From the NCBI GenBank assembly GCA_036172245.1, contig JAYWIR010000150.1:1-61509 (forward strand): a stretch of 61,509 nucleotides of DNA, in the 5' to 3' direction. Each line of letters begins with the position of its first letter. Position 1 is the first letter of the stretch. Positions 24,131 through 35,210 of the stretch are shown piece by piece. Made by a program: the position numbers and the translations under genes. Source of the stretch: Raillietiella orientalis (lineage: Eukaryota). Under the pieces are notes generated by a model. The model did no database searches and was not told the DNA's origin. It saw only the letters and a program-made list of their open reading frames with translations.

Positions 24131-24971
24131 CCTGGCAGCTGGTCTTGCTGCACGGGACCACTGCAGGTCTTTTGCCGCGATCTCCTCGCCGCTTCTTTTT
24201 TTGTTTCTTCTGGAAAACTTCCCCTCTCCGGGCACACACGAGCACAATTAACTGATTACTTTGTCAAGCGCACAATACTTTGAACCGCGGAGCAAGTTCA
24301 CTGACTAGGCAGGAGCAGAGCGATCTGCCGACTGTCAGGAAGGTGACTCCGTTGCCGCCTTTTAAATGCGTAGCGAAAGCAACGCCCCCAGAGAACGCAG
24401 CGAAAATCCCGGAGGTTTCCGCAACTACTGTCGCGGAAGCCTCCGAAAATCCCGAAGGCGAATGGAAGGTTGTGGAGAGGAGGAAAGAAAAATCTGCAAA
24501 AAGAGCTCCTCAACCTCAATCCCTGAGTTCTTCCAAAGGAAAAAGCAGTCGCGGAAATACGAAAACACGCGCCGCTTGTGACTCTTCCTAGGAAAAAGCC
24601 AGCCCCTTCAACGCGTGCAAGTCCGCTTCTGTGACCGCCGAGAAGACCATTCCGGTGCAATCGGACGGATGCAAGCGCACGTCGATCGTGCCACCATCAG
24701 ACTCCGCAAAGGAGTCCGATAGCGCAGCTGAAAGACGCGTAACTCGCGCGGGAGCGAGCGCCCGCAGGGCTGAAGCCTTGAGGCGTGACACACTCGCCGC
24801 GGAACGGCGAGAGCTCACCCCGGAAACCACAGGTTCTGAACCCGGGGAGGAGCTCTCGATTACTCTCTGCACAGTTGAGGCCGGTGGCGACCGCGCCCTC
24901 CAGCCCGTCGTGCTGCTTACTGCCCGCTCGCCGGGTGGGACGAGCACCACGGTCTCGCTTTCCCATCCGTG

Positions 24972-27900
24972 ATGAGGGCAATCGCGTCTTCTCGTCGTGT
25001 TTCTGTAACGTCTTGGAACGTCAACGGGCTCCAACACGAGGAGAAGAGGCGACTAGTGGCTAACGCTCTGCGCGCTTTCGACTTGACGCTCCTGCAGGAG
25101 ATTCACAGCATCTCCGGAGAGCAGGCTGCCGAAATCGAACGGCGCGCGGGAGGAACACTACTTTATAGGTGCAGCGTTGCACGTACGAGCGGCGTCGCTT
25201 TCCTCGTGCGAGGAACTTTGGCGGGAGCGGTGCGCAGCGTTCGTTTCGACACGGAAGGCCGAGTGGGACAGCTTGTACTTGTGGTCCGACTCGATCGACC
25301 TTGTCGTAACCAACGTGTACGCGCCGAGTGGTGCTGGACGATTGGCCGAAAGGATTGAGTTCTTCGGTACACTTCAAAGCCAGTGGCTTACTCGATCTCA
25401 CCCTAATGTGGCCCATCTTATTGCGGGGGACTTTAACGTCCACCTGCTTTCCGAGAATAGATCCCACAAAAGGGAAAAGTTGCTAGCGGAAGAGATGTGC
25501 GCGTCCGTGCACGCGTGCAACTTGTTTGCAAGCGACCCTGTTATGGCAGCAACGCCGGACCACGCATACCTTGATGAACACTTGCTCTGTCAAGTGGGTC
25601 GGAGAGGTCCCGTGCCGTCCGTGCTTTCAGACCACAACAGGCTCGAGTTCGAGTTGCTCCCGCCAAACAAGGGGCCTCCAAACTGTTTTTGGAGGATGCC
25701 GGCAGACTGGCTATGCCACCCGGAGGCGGCTGAGCATCTTCGCCAGTACCTCCTCGGCTTTGCCATAAATGAGCTCGAGGACTGGGACGATCTGAAAAGA
25801 TCGATCCGCGAGTTCTGCTGCCGGTTTCCCTTGCACCAGCTTGCGTGCGGCTTCGGAGAGGGCGTAGCCAACAGCAGAGATTTTCTGCAGGCCCGCTCCT
25901 TTTCCAGGCGCGCGGACGTTGATCGATTATCCGAGTACAAGGCCATGGCCGAGCGCCAAGTCTGGCATTCAGGAGCGACAGTTCTGCTCGACGACCAGGA
26001 CCGGGAATGCTCGGCTCCAGCCGACGTGCGACGGATAGTCAGGCGCTATTACTCTTCTCTGTATGCAGAGGCACCGACGGAACGCAGCCTCTCCCGGCTC
26101 CTTCTGCCGATTGATGCACCTGTTGTAGAGGAGGAGGAACGCGCGCTTCTTGATGAGCCCTTCACGGCAGAGGAAATTTCCTCGGCCACCTCGGGGCTCA
26201 AGAGACGAAAAGCGCCAGGCGAAGATGGGCTCCCCGCGGAGTTCTTTCAGTGTTTTGCGGAGGAGCTCGTCCCCCTGGTGCTCCAACTCCCGTCGCTGAT
26301 GCGAGACTCGGGCGATGTCCCCGCCTCGTTTCGCTGAGCGAAGGTGCGTCTACTGCCGAAAGGCGGAGATTTGCGCCAACTGAACAACTGGCGTCCGATC
26401 ACATTAGTGAATTCGGACGTCAAGTTGTTCTCGAAACTTTGGGTGGCGCGGATGGGTAGGATCGCGGAAACCTTGGTAAGTCCGGAGCAGACGTACGCTG
26501 TTCCAGGGCGGTCCTTGGACGCAAATCTCTTGTTCATCCGCACATGGCTGCAATTGCAGCATCGTGTGGCGGTGGATCGTCGTGCGGAAGCGACGCCTTC
26601 GATCTCTCACCGACGGAGGCGCGGGACGCAAAGGGAGACACCGGGAGCCTTGGCGGTTGCAGTCGATATGCACAAAGCTTTCGATTGCGTGAACCAAAAG
26701 CTTCTTCTTGAGCCTTTGGAACGTCTGGGTCTTCCGGCATCCCTGTTGGCGTACTTGCGCTCCTGCTGGCGCCACGCGATTACATCCATTGTTTTCAGTG
26801 GCTGTCGCGTGTACGGCGTGCCGATACGACGAGGAATTAGGCAGGGTGACAGCTTGAGCCCGCTGCTCTTTAGCATCTATTTTGAATTGGTGCTGGAGGC
26901 TTACAGGTTGACGTTAGCCAACCTGCCGAGCTCCTGTCCGGGTTTGCCGGCCGTGGCAGCCTATGCCGACGACCTGCTTCTCCTGTTGCCCATGTCCACC
27001 CCGGCGACATCGCTTGAAGACTTCTTTGAGTTGATTCGTCGCGGTGCGGGCGTGAGCGTTAACAGGAGTAAGTGTATGGTTGTTGCGGTGGGTGCGACGT
27101 GGGAGGGGCAGTCCGACTGGATCGACCTGGGCATCCCCACGGGCAGGTACCTCAGGTACCTTGGCGTGCCGTTGGGCGACTTCTGCATCTCAGAAGCGTG
27201 GTCGGACTGCCTTCGGAAGGCAGAGCGTGTACTTGGCCCGTTTTCAGGAGGCGAGTTCGTCTTGCCGGAACGGGCCTGCATCTGGAACACCTTCGTTGCC
27301 CCCCTCCTCCGCCTTCTGTTTTTTGTTTGTCCACCCCTCCAGGAAGTCAAAGTCTGGGCGCAGCGCCTTCTACGCAAAGCGTTGTGGGGCGCTGCAAGAT
27401 CCCGTGTTAGACTTAAAGACTTGGTGGCGCCGCGTCAGGATGCAGGCTTGGGCATCCTCGACTTAAACAGCATCGAACTGCAGGTGCAGTTTTGCATGCT
27501 GCGGCTCTTTGCCAAGCTGTGGTGTACGCCGTGGTGCTTACCCACACGCCTTATACTGAGGCGCTGCACGGGAAGCGAGGGACTGCTTTCGTTGCTACCT
27601 CACTTTCAACACACCAGAATAGGGTTTGGCTTCCCGCTGAGGCAGCTGTCCTCACTGCTGGAAGCCCAAAGCTGGATCTCCTTCCGCCCCATGAACATTA
27701 ATGCATGGCAACAGGAATCTTTTTCATCGTGGGCAGGTTCCGAAGGAACGCGAACGGAAGATCTTCGACGCCTGCGACTTCTCCTCAGTCATCAAATGGA
27801 CGAAGTCATGCAGGATAAGAAGTTGTCGGATCGTCTGGCCCCCACACCACTCGCCGTAACGCTGTCTGCCCTCAGGGCAAGCAACGACGGTTGCCTACCG

Positions 27901-28542
27901 GCGGAATGGGAGTTCTCCTGCAAAATAGAGAGAGTCAGTAAGCTCCTCGGCAGCTGGACGACAAAGGAGCTGGTGCAAGCCGCCACACCTCGGAATCGGG
28001 CGAAGGGACTGCTTCGATGGAGCGAACATTTAAGTGTGCCCCCCGGAGAGATAGTGGTTCCCCCCGTTTGTTTGGACAGCTCCGTGTTCCCCTTTAAGTG
28101 GAAACAAGATGTGCTGCTCTTTTTACATTGTGCATTTCACTGTAATAGGCAGCGAAGCAACGTTTGCGGGGGAGCAGCTTTGCCAAACTGTTTAAGGTGC
28201 GGAAAGATCGAGTCTTTTCCGCACCTTTTGCTAGACTGCGGTGACCTCCGGGAACTGTGGCGAAGGCTCACTTCGGCCATCATGCCACAAGGAGGCACTG
28301 CCATTGGTCTGCTGCGGCGCTTCTTCAGCAGAAATGGACTTCCGGTTGGCGCGATTGTCGCAACTATGTGTTGCGTTCGCGCCATCGTGAAGGCCCGCTA
28401 CGCCCTGGAGGTGTCATCGCAGCGAAGGAAGGCTCACCTGCTTGCAGCTCAATTCATGGAGAAGGCTTCAAGGTGGTCTCATCTTCGTGACAAGGTAAAT
28501 GAGGACATCAGCGGCATACATCGCCGGTTTACACACCTTTGA
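24972..28542 (+). pseudogene. Near-complete LINE ORF2 (~1190 codons) with a frameshift near 25280 and a stop at 26335-26337
   Basis: WNVNG, LQE, GDFN, SDH; KAPGEDG, DMHKAFD, QGDSLSP, YADD, RYLG; CLRCGKIESFPHLLLDC. Confidence 0.93.
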
Positions 28543-28897
28543 GAACGGCGTAATCCGGTGACTTCTGCGACCTCTCGCCCACCCATACCCCGTCCCCGTT
28601 CGCTCAATAAAATTTCCGGTGCCCATGCTTTTATCCCCGTGTCTTCCAGAGCGATCCCAAAGACCCTTATCCCGTCTTCCTTATTCAATGTTTTTATTTT
28701 ATTTTGGTTTCTTTGTGTTTCCCGCCCCCCCACACCGTTCAAGAAACTGTTACTCTGGCCTGCGTGTCAGCAATGTTCTTTTCATTCTTGTTCATTCTTC
28801 GGTTGGGAGTTTGGTTAACAACTGGTTTATTTTGTATAATTGCTTTTTTTGTGGTTATGTTATATGGAATAAACGCCCCGGCGTGACCGGGTGAGAA

Positions 28898-30785
28898 ATC
28901 TCCCGGGCTTGATCTGCGGAGATCACGTGGATCTCCTACAGCAGCACCTGGTCCAAGGATGCCACGGTGGCGGCCACGTCACGCCTCTTGCCGTCGTAGC
29001 TTAGCCCGTTCACGTTCCAACAGGCGATCAGTAGACGACGGCGAGAGGCGATTCCCGGCATTATGGCTGGGAAAGTGGCGTCGCGGCACCTCCCGCGAGG
29101 CAGGTGTAGGAAAAGTCCATCGGTACGAGGACGGAGACCTCTTCAGGCGCCTGGGGAACCTGTTCGGCCTCCATCCTCACCATCCCTTCCGTGTCCGAGC
29201 GTGGAATTCTCTCGGGCGACGGGTCCCGGGAGTTTCCCACGCTAATGGCACCCTCGCTACCGGAAGCCATCTCTTCCCCTTCGTCGGGAGAGACGATCTT
29301 CCGGTGCATTGCGGACTTTCGTCCTGCCTTTTTGCGGGGTGCCGCGGAGATGGATGCTGTGTTTCCGGCCATAACCTCGGGGTCGGAAGTGGCCGACTCC
29401 TGAGGGGAAGCCGGACGTCTGACGGCATTCTTGCCAGCCTTGGGGGCAACCGGCTGCAACGAGGTAGCCAGCTCCTCCGCGGCGCGCTCGAAGGCGGCGT
29501 CATCGAGCGTGGGCTCGATGACTGACGCCGCCGCCTCGCACCCCTCTTTGTTGACTTTGTCAACGGAGGGTTGAGCAGGGGCACCAGCCAGTTCTTTAGC
29601 GCCGCATTCGTCGATGCTGGGAATCCGCTCTACAACGACGCAGCAGCTTTTAATTTTTTCGCGGCGCAGAGCGGTTTCGCTCCGTTTCGCCACGTTCTAT
29701 CTCTTCTTATGGGAGTTTTCCTTGAGGTCGACCTTCTGCCACCCTGGCTCTTGACCCTCGCCCTCGACCTTTTCCGCGTTTTTCGCCGAGGTCTGGGGGC
29801 TGGCCTTCGCCTTGGTGGCGGAAGTGACCTCCTTACCAGCAGCACGAGCTGTCAGCTTTTTCCTCTGTTTAGCCGCGCGCTTTCTCGCGTTTATCGCGGA
29901 CACGACGCGGACTGTGCTTTGGTGGCACACCAGACGGGTGTGCCTCGCTTGTTTGCATTGCTGGCACTGCACGCTCGAGCACCTCATTTTAAGGTGACCA
30001 AAGCTGCTGCAGCAGCCGCAAAACTTGGGTTTCCCCACGTACCACACGTCAACGGATTCACCGTTGACGGTGAGTATGTGGGGAACCTCACATCCCTGGC
30101 GAACCGTCACTCGCGCTGAACTTAGGCCGCCAAGCACCCCGTCGTAATCGACAAAAGGAGTAAGCTTTCCCCACAGCGCGTGGACAGTTGCGAATTTTTC
30201 CCATTCGCTCCGGACGGCCTCCTTAGTCATCCGGAACGTGATACCGGTCAGCTGAATGATCACCGACCGGTCTTCAGTAATTGGAAGAAGCCTCCGGCTG
30301 CCCATAATCACGGTGGTTCGCAGAAGTCTCTGCGCAAAAGTTGCCTCCTTGCAGATAACTTCCACAAATTGACCCCCGCTTCTGACGGACATAGCCAGAG
30401 GCTCCTCTTTCTGTACGCCGAGAACGCGCATCGCCTGTGAGAAGGCGCGCGCGTTCTCGGGAGAATATAGACCGCCTACCTTATATAGAAGGGATGGGTA
30501 ATACCCCTCCTCCAGGTAAGCGCGCATTTCCGCCATAGCCGCTGGCGTAGTTGTCGCAGCCACGGCGTTCCAAGCCCTGAGTAGGGCTGGGGGCGCATCC
30601 GTGCTGGCGGGAGCCTCCATTGATGCGGGAGCCCCCACCTCCATCTGCTCCGGGGACCAATAGGTCATCGCCCCCGGATCCTCACCGGTGGTGGTATCAG
30701 GCATTTCTGCCTAATCCTCCACCCACACCACGCACAAGCACCAACGGAAATGAAACTCAGGAGCAACGAAAAGACACGTCCGCTC
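28898..30785 (-). mobile_element. 5' part of a lineage-A LINE (5' end, ORF1 30704-29061 with one stop, start of APE)
   Basis: GAGCGGACGTGT at 30774-30785; CGCCSSFGHLKMRC knuckle; TAATG overlap at 29059-29063; cut by the 3' end of the element ending at 28897. Confidence 0.88.
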
Positions 30786-31456
30786 GACGCTCCGGAATCT
30801 CCAGGACTGGGACCTTTTTAAGGAATCGGTCCGGGAGTTCTGCGAGTAGTTCCCCCTGGATCGCCTGCCCCCCGGATTCGGCGAGGGTGCTTGCAGCCAT
30901 CGGGCCTATTTACAGGCTCGTGGGTACGAGAGAACCCCTAATGTCCGTAGCCTGGCCGAGTACCGCGCCGGGGCCGAACGCCAAGCCTGGCAATCCGGGT
31001 CGGCCAGCTTGCTGGACGACCAGGACCGGGAATGTTCATCCCCGGCGTCGGTACGGCATCTCGTGCGGAGTTTTTATTCCTCCCTTCACGCCAGGGAGTT
31101 CCCGGATCGGAACGCCTCTCGGCGCTTGCTTCCGGATGGTGCTCCGGCAATAGGGGAGAAGGAGATGGAAAGCCTGGACGAGCCTTTGACCACCGGCGAA
31201 ATTCTCGCCGGTATTAAAAGGCTCAAGAGGCGTAAAGCTCCAGGGGTAGACGGCTTGTCCACGGAGATCTTTCAGAGCTACGCGGAAGAGCAGGCACCCC
31301 TGCTGCTTAAGTTGATCAGGCTGATCCGAGACGAAGGCGATGTTTCCGCCTCGTTTCGTTCAGCCAGAGTGAGGCTTCTTCCGAAAGGGGGAGACCTCAG
31401 GGATTCAAAGAACTGGCGTCCCATCGCGATCGTGAATACGGACGCAAAGCTGATAG
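30786..31456 (+). pseudogene. ORF2 linker and RT N-terminal fragment
   Basis: TLRNLQDWDLFK ... KAPGVDG, WRPIAIVNTDAKLI. Confidence 0.85.
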
Positions 31457-33446
31457 TTGCCACCCGGTCACGCCGGGGCGTTTATTAAAACTTCTCTTTG
31501 ATTCGTGGTACGATGCCCCACTACGGCAAACTCAATGCAGACAGGCGTGACTCTCCTCGGTAGCGGAAGGGGGTGGGAGAAAAAACAAAAAGAAAAATAA
31601 AACATAAAAAACAAACAGATTTGGGAGGGTTGGGAAGGGATTACTGATCACTGGGAGGAGGGTCCATCCTTCGCAGGATGCCCTCGATGTCCTTCCGTAT
31701 AATTCCCAGGTGGGGCCATCTGGTCACAATCCGCAGGTAGCGGACTGCATGTACGACGGCATCCCTGTAGTGGCTCGGTCTTCTGACGTTGCTCCAGCAC
31801 GTCACAATCCCGCGTACGCAGCAAAGTGCAGCCAGGGTAGCGGCTTGACCCAGGGCATCATGCACGAACAGAAGCCGAAAAACGTCTCTGGGCTGGCTGC
31901 CCTCCTGGATCCGTAGGGAGGCACGAAGAGATTCCCACAGAGGTCGGAGGGCAGCACTATCAACAAGGAGGTGGGGGAAAGTTTCCCGTTCCCCACATTT
32001 GATGCAGGTAGGATCTACTCGACCCCTGGTCCAGTGGTGGCGGCGTGCGTTGCAGGGTAGACCCCAATGCAACAACAGAAGCGCCGACTCCTTCCACTTC
32101 AGGGGGAGGATCCTAGATCCAATTAATACCGGAGGCCACTTCAGGTCATCCGGCTGGATGCCGAGTAGCACGCCCCATCTCTGCAGTCCTCTCGGCTGTA
32201 CACTAGGGGTACTAACGTCCGCCAGTTCACCCGTGGACCAGCCGCTGATCAACTTCTCCTTGCCTGCGATGCGGCAGGAGACTTGCCACCTAGGCTTGCG
32301 GCTGCTGGAGAGCGCCCTCCTTAGAAAGGGCATCACCGTAACTAGGGGGGTTGTCTCTGCCCACGTGCTTTTCGCGGGACACTGGAGTATCTTCCGCAGA
32401 GTGCAGCGGGAATAGGCGTTGCGTCGCAGGCAGTTCCACATCTCTCCGTTCTTCTGGTTTATCTTTGCCCACGTGCCAGCTGTCTCCTCCAGCCATGCGG
32501 AGGAGTTGGCGGGGCTGCATTCTATCCAGCCGTTTTCCTTTGCCACGGTTGCCATGCGTCCCAGGAGGAGTGCGCATCTCTTGATCTTCGAGCCGCGGCA
32601 CAGAAGATGAGACGCGAGACCCTCCGTTCCGGATACACGGCTGGCAAAATGTCGGGCCGGAACGCACCATGGGGTGCTCCATAACTTCGCTGCGATGGCC
32701 AGGGTGTGCCATCGCAGCTGGATTTCTACTCTCTCCACCGTCAAGAGGCCCAGACCGCCATCCCGACGTCGAGCACACAAGTGCTTTTACTGGACTCGTG
32801 GCCTCCCTCTTCCCCAAAAGGCAATCCTCAGGAGGACCTTCGTCCTTTTCTTCATGTCTCTGGGGACGGGGCAAACAAAAAGCAGGGGGCGGAAGATGGG
32901 AGCCGCAAAGGAGTTTCACATTGCGGTTCGTTCCGAAAGCAGGAACTTGTCTTCCAAGAACGGGCCGATCGCCTTTTCCACTTTTTGGAGGCAGCCGGAC
33001 CATGCATCCGAAGGAAAGTAATCTCCAAACGGCACACCGAGATACTTCAAGCACCTCGCCGAGGGGATCCCCAAGCGGATCCAGTCCTGCTGCCCATCCC
33101 ACGTCGCACCGACTGGCACAACCGACGACTTCGCCTTGTTAACCTGCCGTCCGCTTTCGCGGTTAAGCAGGTCGAAGAAATCCTCGACTGCCTTTGCCGG
33201 GGTGGACATCGGCAACAAGAGGAGAAGATCGTCGGCGTACGCTGCTATTGCGGGCGTGCCGGGGCACGAGCTCGGCAAGGGGGCCAAGGTCACCCTATAC
33301 GCTCTCAGCACCAACTCAAAGTAGGTGCTAAAGAGCAGGAGGCTGAGGCTATCGCCCTGCCTTATGCCCCGCCGCACCGGCACGCCATACACCTTCTGTC
33401 CACTGAAACAGACGGTAGACATCGCATTCCGCCAGCAAGAGCGCAC
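31457..33446 (-). mobile_element. 3' part of a lineage-A LINE (RT core to 3' end); inverted copy of ~59468-61456
   Basis: AYADD, KYLG; 379-aa ORF 31641-32780 almost identical to 60133-61272; terminal motif 31457-31486. Confidence 0.92.
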
Positions 33447-34068
33447 GCCCTTTACGGCAGCGTCGACCGCCGGTTTCATGAAAAACGCGACGCCGCAGGT
33501 GTATCGGGAGCCGCATTGCCACATCAACCGTCCCCTTAGCCCAACGAACTTTGAAGCCTGGCGGCAGGAACCGTTGCATGGCTGGGCAAAGCACCAGGAT
33601 GTTTCCCTCCTGGAACTCCGTTGCGCTCTCCTCTCCCCGTACTGCACGGTGGATGAGGTGTGCTACAGCCAGGAGAAGTGGACCCGCCTGGCCGTCACCC
33701 CCCTCGAAGACGCACTGTCAGCCCTCAGGGCAAGAGATGACAGTTGCGAAGCGGCGAGATGGGAGGTCGCCTGCACCATCGCAGGAACAACGCGACCTAT
33801 TGGCGGCTGGAAGACTTGCGAGCTGGCGGACGCCGCCACGCCCCGCCACGTTCCGAAGGGACTCCTTCGGTGGAGCGAACACTTGAGTGTGCCCCTTGAA
33901 GAACTTGTGGTTCCTCCCTCGTGTCTGAACACTTCTGTGTTCCCCCTTCCGTGGAAGCAGGATGTGATTATGCTGGTGCATTGGGGTTTTCACTCCAACC
34001 AGCGCACGAACCTTGTTTCCGGGGGAGTCGTCTCCCCAAACTGTAAGCGGTGCGGGGAAGTGAAAACG
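33441..34068. mobile_element. Inverted copy of 57329-57957: short APE fragment (-, 33441-33535) plus RT C-terminal fragment (+, 33536-34068)
   Basis: ORF 33551-33886 matches 57511-57846 on the other strand (coordinate sum 91397). Confidence 0.88.
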
Positions 34069-34084
34069 TATCAAGTGAAATCAA

Positions 34085-35210
34085 GCCATTCCAACACCTG
34101 ACCGCTTTTGTCAATCTTTTCGGCATTCGTTGCCGGGGTGTCGGCTGAGGCCTGGACCACGAGAGTAAGGGGCACAGCTTGAGCGGCAGCCTTCGCCGCC
34201 AGTTTTTTCTGCAGCAGCCGCGCGCGTTTGTTTAGGTTCCTAGAGGAAATCACGCGCACAGCGGATTGTGAACACAATTGCTTCGTGTGGCCCATTGTCC
34301 CGCATACCAGGCACTGTACGTTGGGGCACCTCCTTTTGAGGTGTCCAGACGTGTTGCAGGAGCCACAGTATTTGGGCTTCCCCACGTACCAGAGGTCGAC
34401 GCTTTCTCCGCCGACCACCAGTTTGTGGTGAAGGGTAGAGCCCTCCCGAACGGTTACACGGGCAGCCCTGTGGCCGCACCGAACAGTGATATAGTCCTCG
34501 AAAGGACTAGGCTTGGTCCATACTGCATGGACCGTGCCTTCTTTTCCCAACGCGGCGCGTAACTGTTCTTTCCGCATCCGCGCGGTAACTCCTAAAAGGT
34601 GGACCACCATACTGTGGTGCGCCGTAACGGGAAGGAGCCTGCGTGTCCCTATAACCACGGGGGTTGCAAGCAGACGTTGGGTCAGATCTGCATGTTTGCA
34701 GATCACCTCTACGTACTGCCCCCCTCTACGAATGGTCATAGCGCAGAGCTCCTCTTCTTTAACATCGAGAGCGCGCATCCCCTTTGAAAAGGCGCGCGCA
34801 CTCTCAGCAGAATACAAATTTCGTACTTTGTAGAATAGTGATGCGTTATACTTTTCTTCCACATAGGCAGATAATTCCACCGCGGCTGCAGGCGATGGCG
34901 CGGACACGACAGCGCTCCACGCCCGCGCTGCAGCGGGGAACGGTTTTGTGGTGGTGGACGCCCTCAACTCCTTCGCCACTAAAACGACGTTGCCGCCGCC
35001 CCCTGGCACTCCACCTTCTCTAGAGGCGACGTTGCCGCTGTCACCTGGAACTCCATTTCTTTAGGAGGCGACGTTTCCACCGTCCCCTGACACGTACTGG
35101 TGGTCGCATCAGGCATTGCTGCCTGATCGACCACCACCACACAGGAAGCCTACACCTAGGTACGGTTCCCGGCACGAGGAGCACCGAGGAAACACGTTCT
35201 CTATAGACAA
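34085..35210 (-). pseudogene. 5' end and ORF1 fragment; diverged direct paralog of 9974-11099
   Basis: CGSCNTSGHLKRRC and CLVCGTMGHTKQLC; constant offset 24111 to 9974-11099. Confidence 0.88.

Larger units (their letters stand above)
18677..24300 (-). mobile_element. Full-length lineage-B LINE, copy 2 (5624 bp)
   Basis: Direct repeat of 13039-18663 at offset 5638; bounded by 18664-18676 and ctgactaggcagg at 24301-24313. Confidence 0.95.
11890..28897 (+). mobile_element. Lineage-A LINE (5'-truncated in ORF1) interrupted inside ORF1 by the tandem lineage-B pair
   Basis: ORF1 part ~11890-13038 (CEQCGKEGHRIKEC, CRYCKDSGHEIKKC) resumes at 24301; TGATG overlap at 24970-24974; ORF2 to 28542; terminal motif 28868-28897. 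Confidence 0.88.
31404..34068. repeat. Inverted duplication of 57329-61509 with a 1516-bp internal deletion
   Basis: Coordinate sums 92913 (31641-32780 vs 60133-61272) and 91397 (33551-33886 vs 57511-57846). Confidence 0.93.

Noticed and set aside
13039..24300. Telomeric HeT-A/TART-like array
   Set aside because: Only two units, embedded in another LINE with target duplications; no telomeric repeats or uniform polarity in the window.
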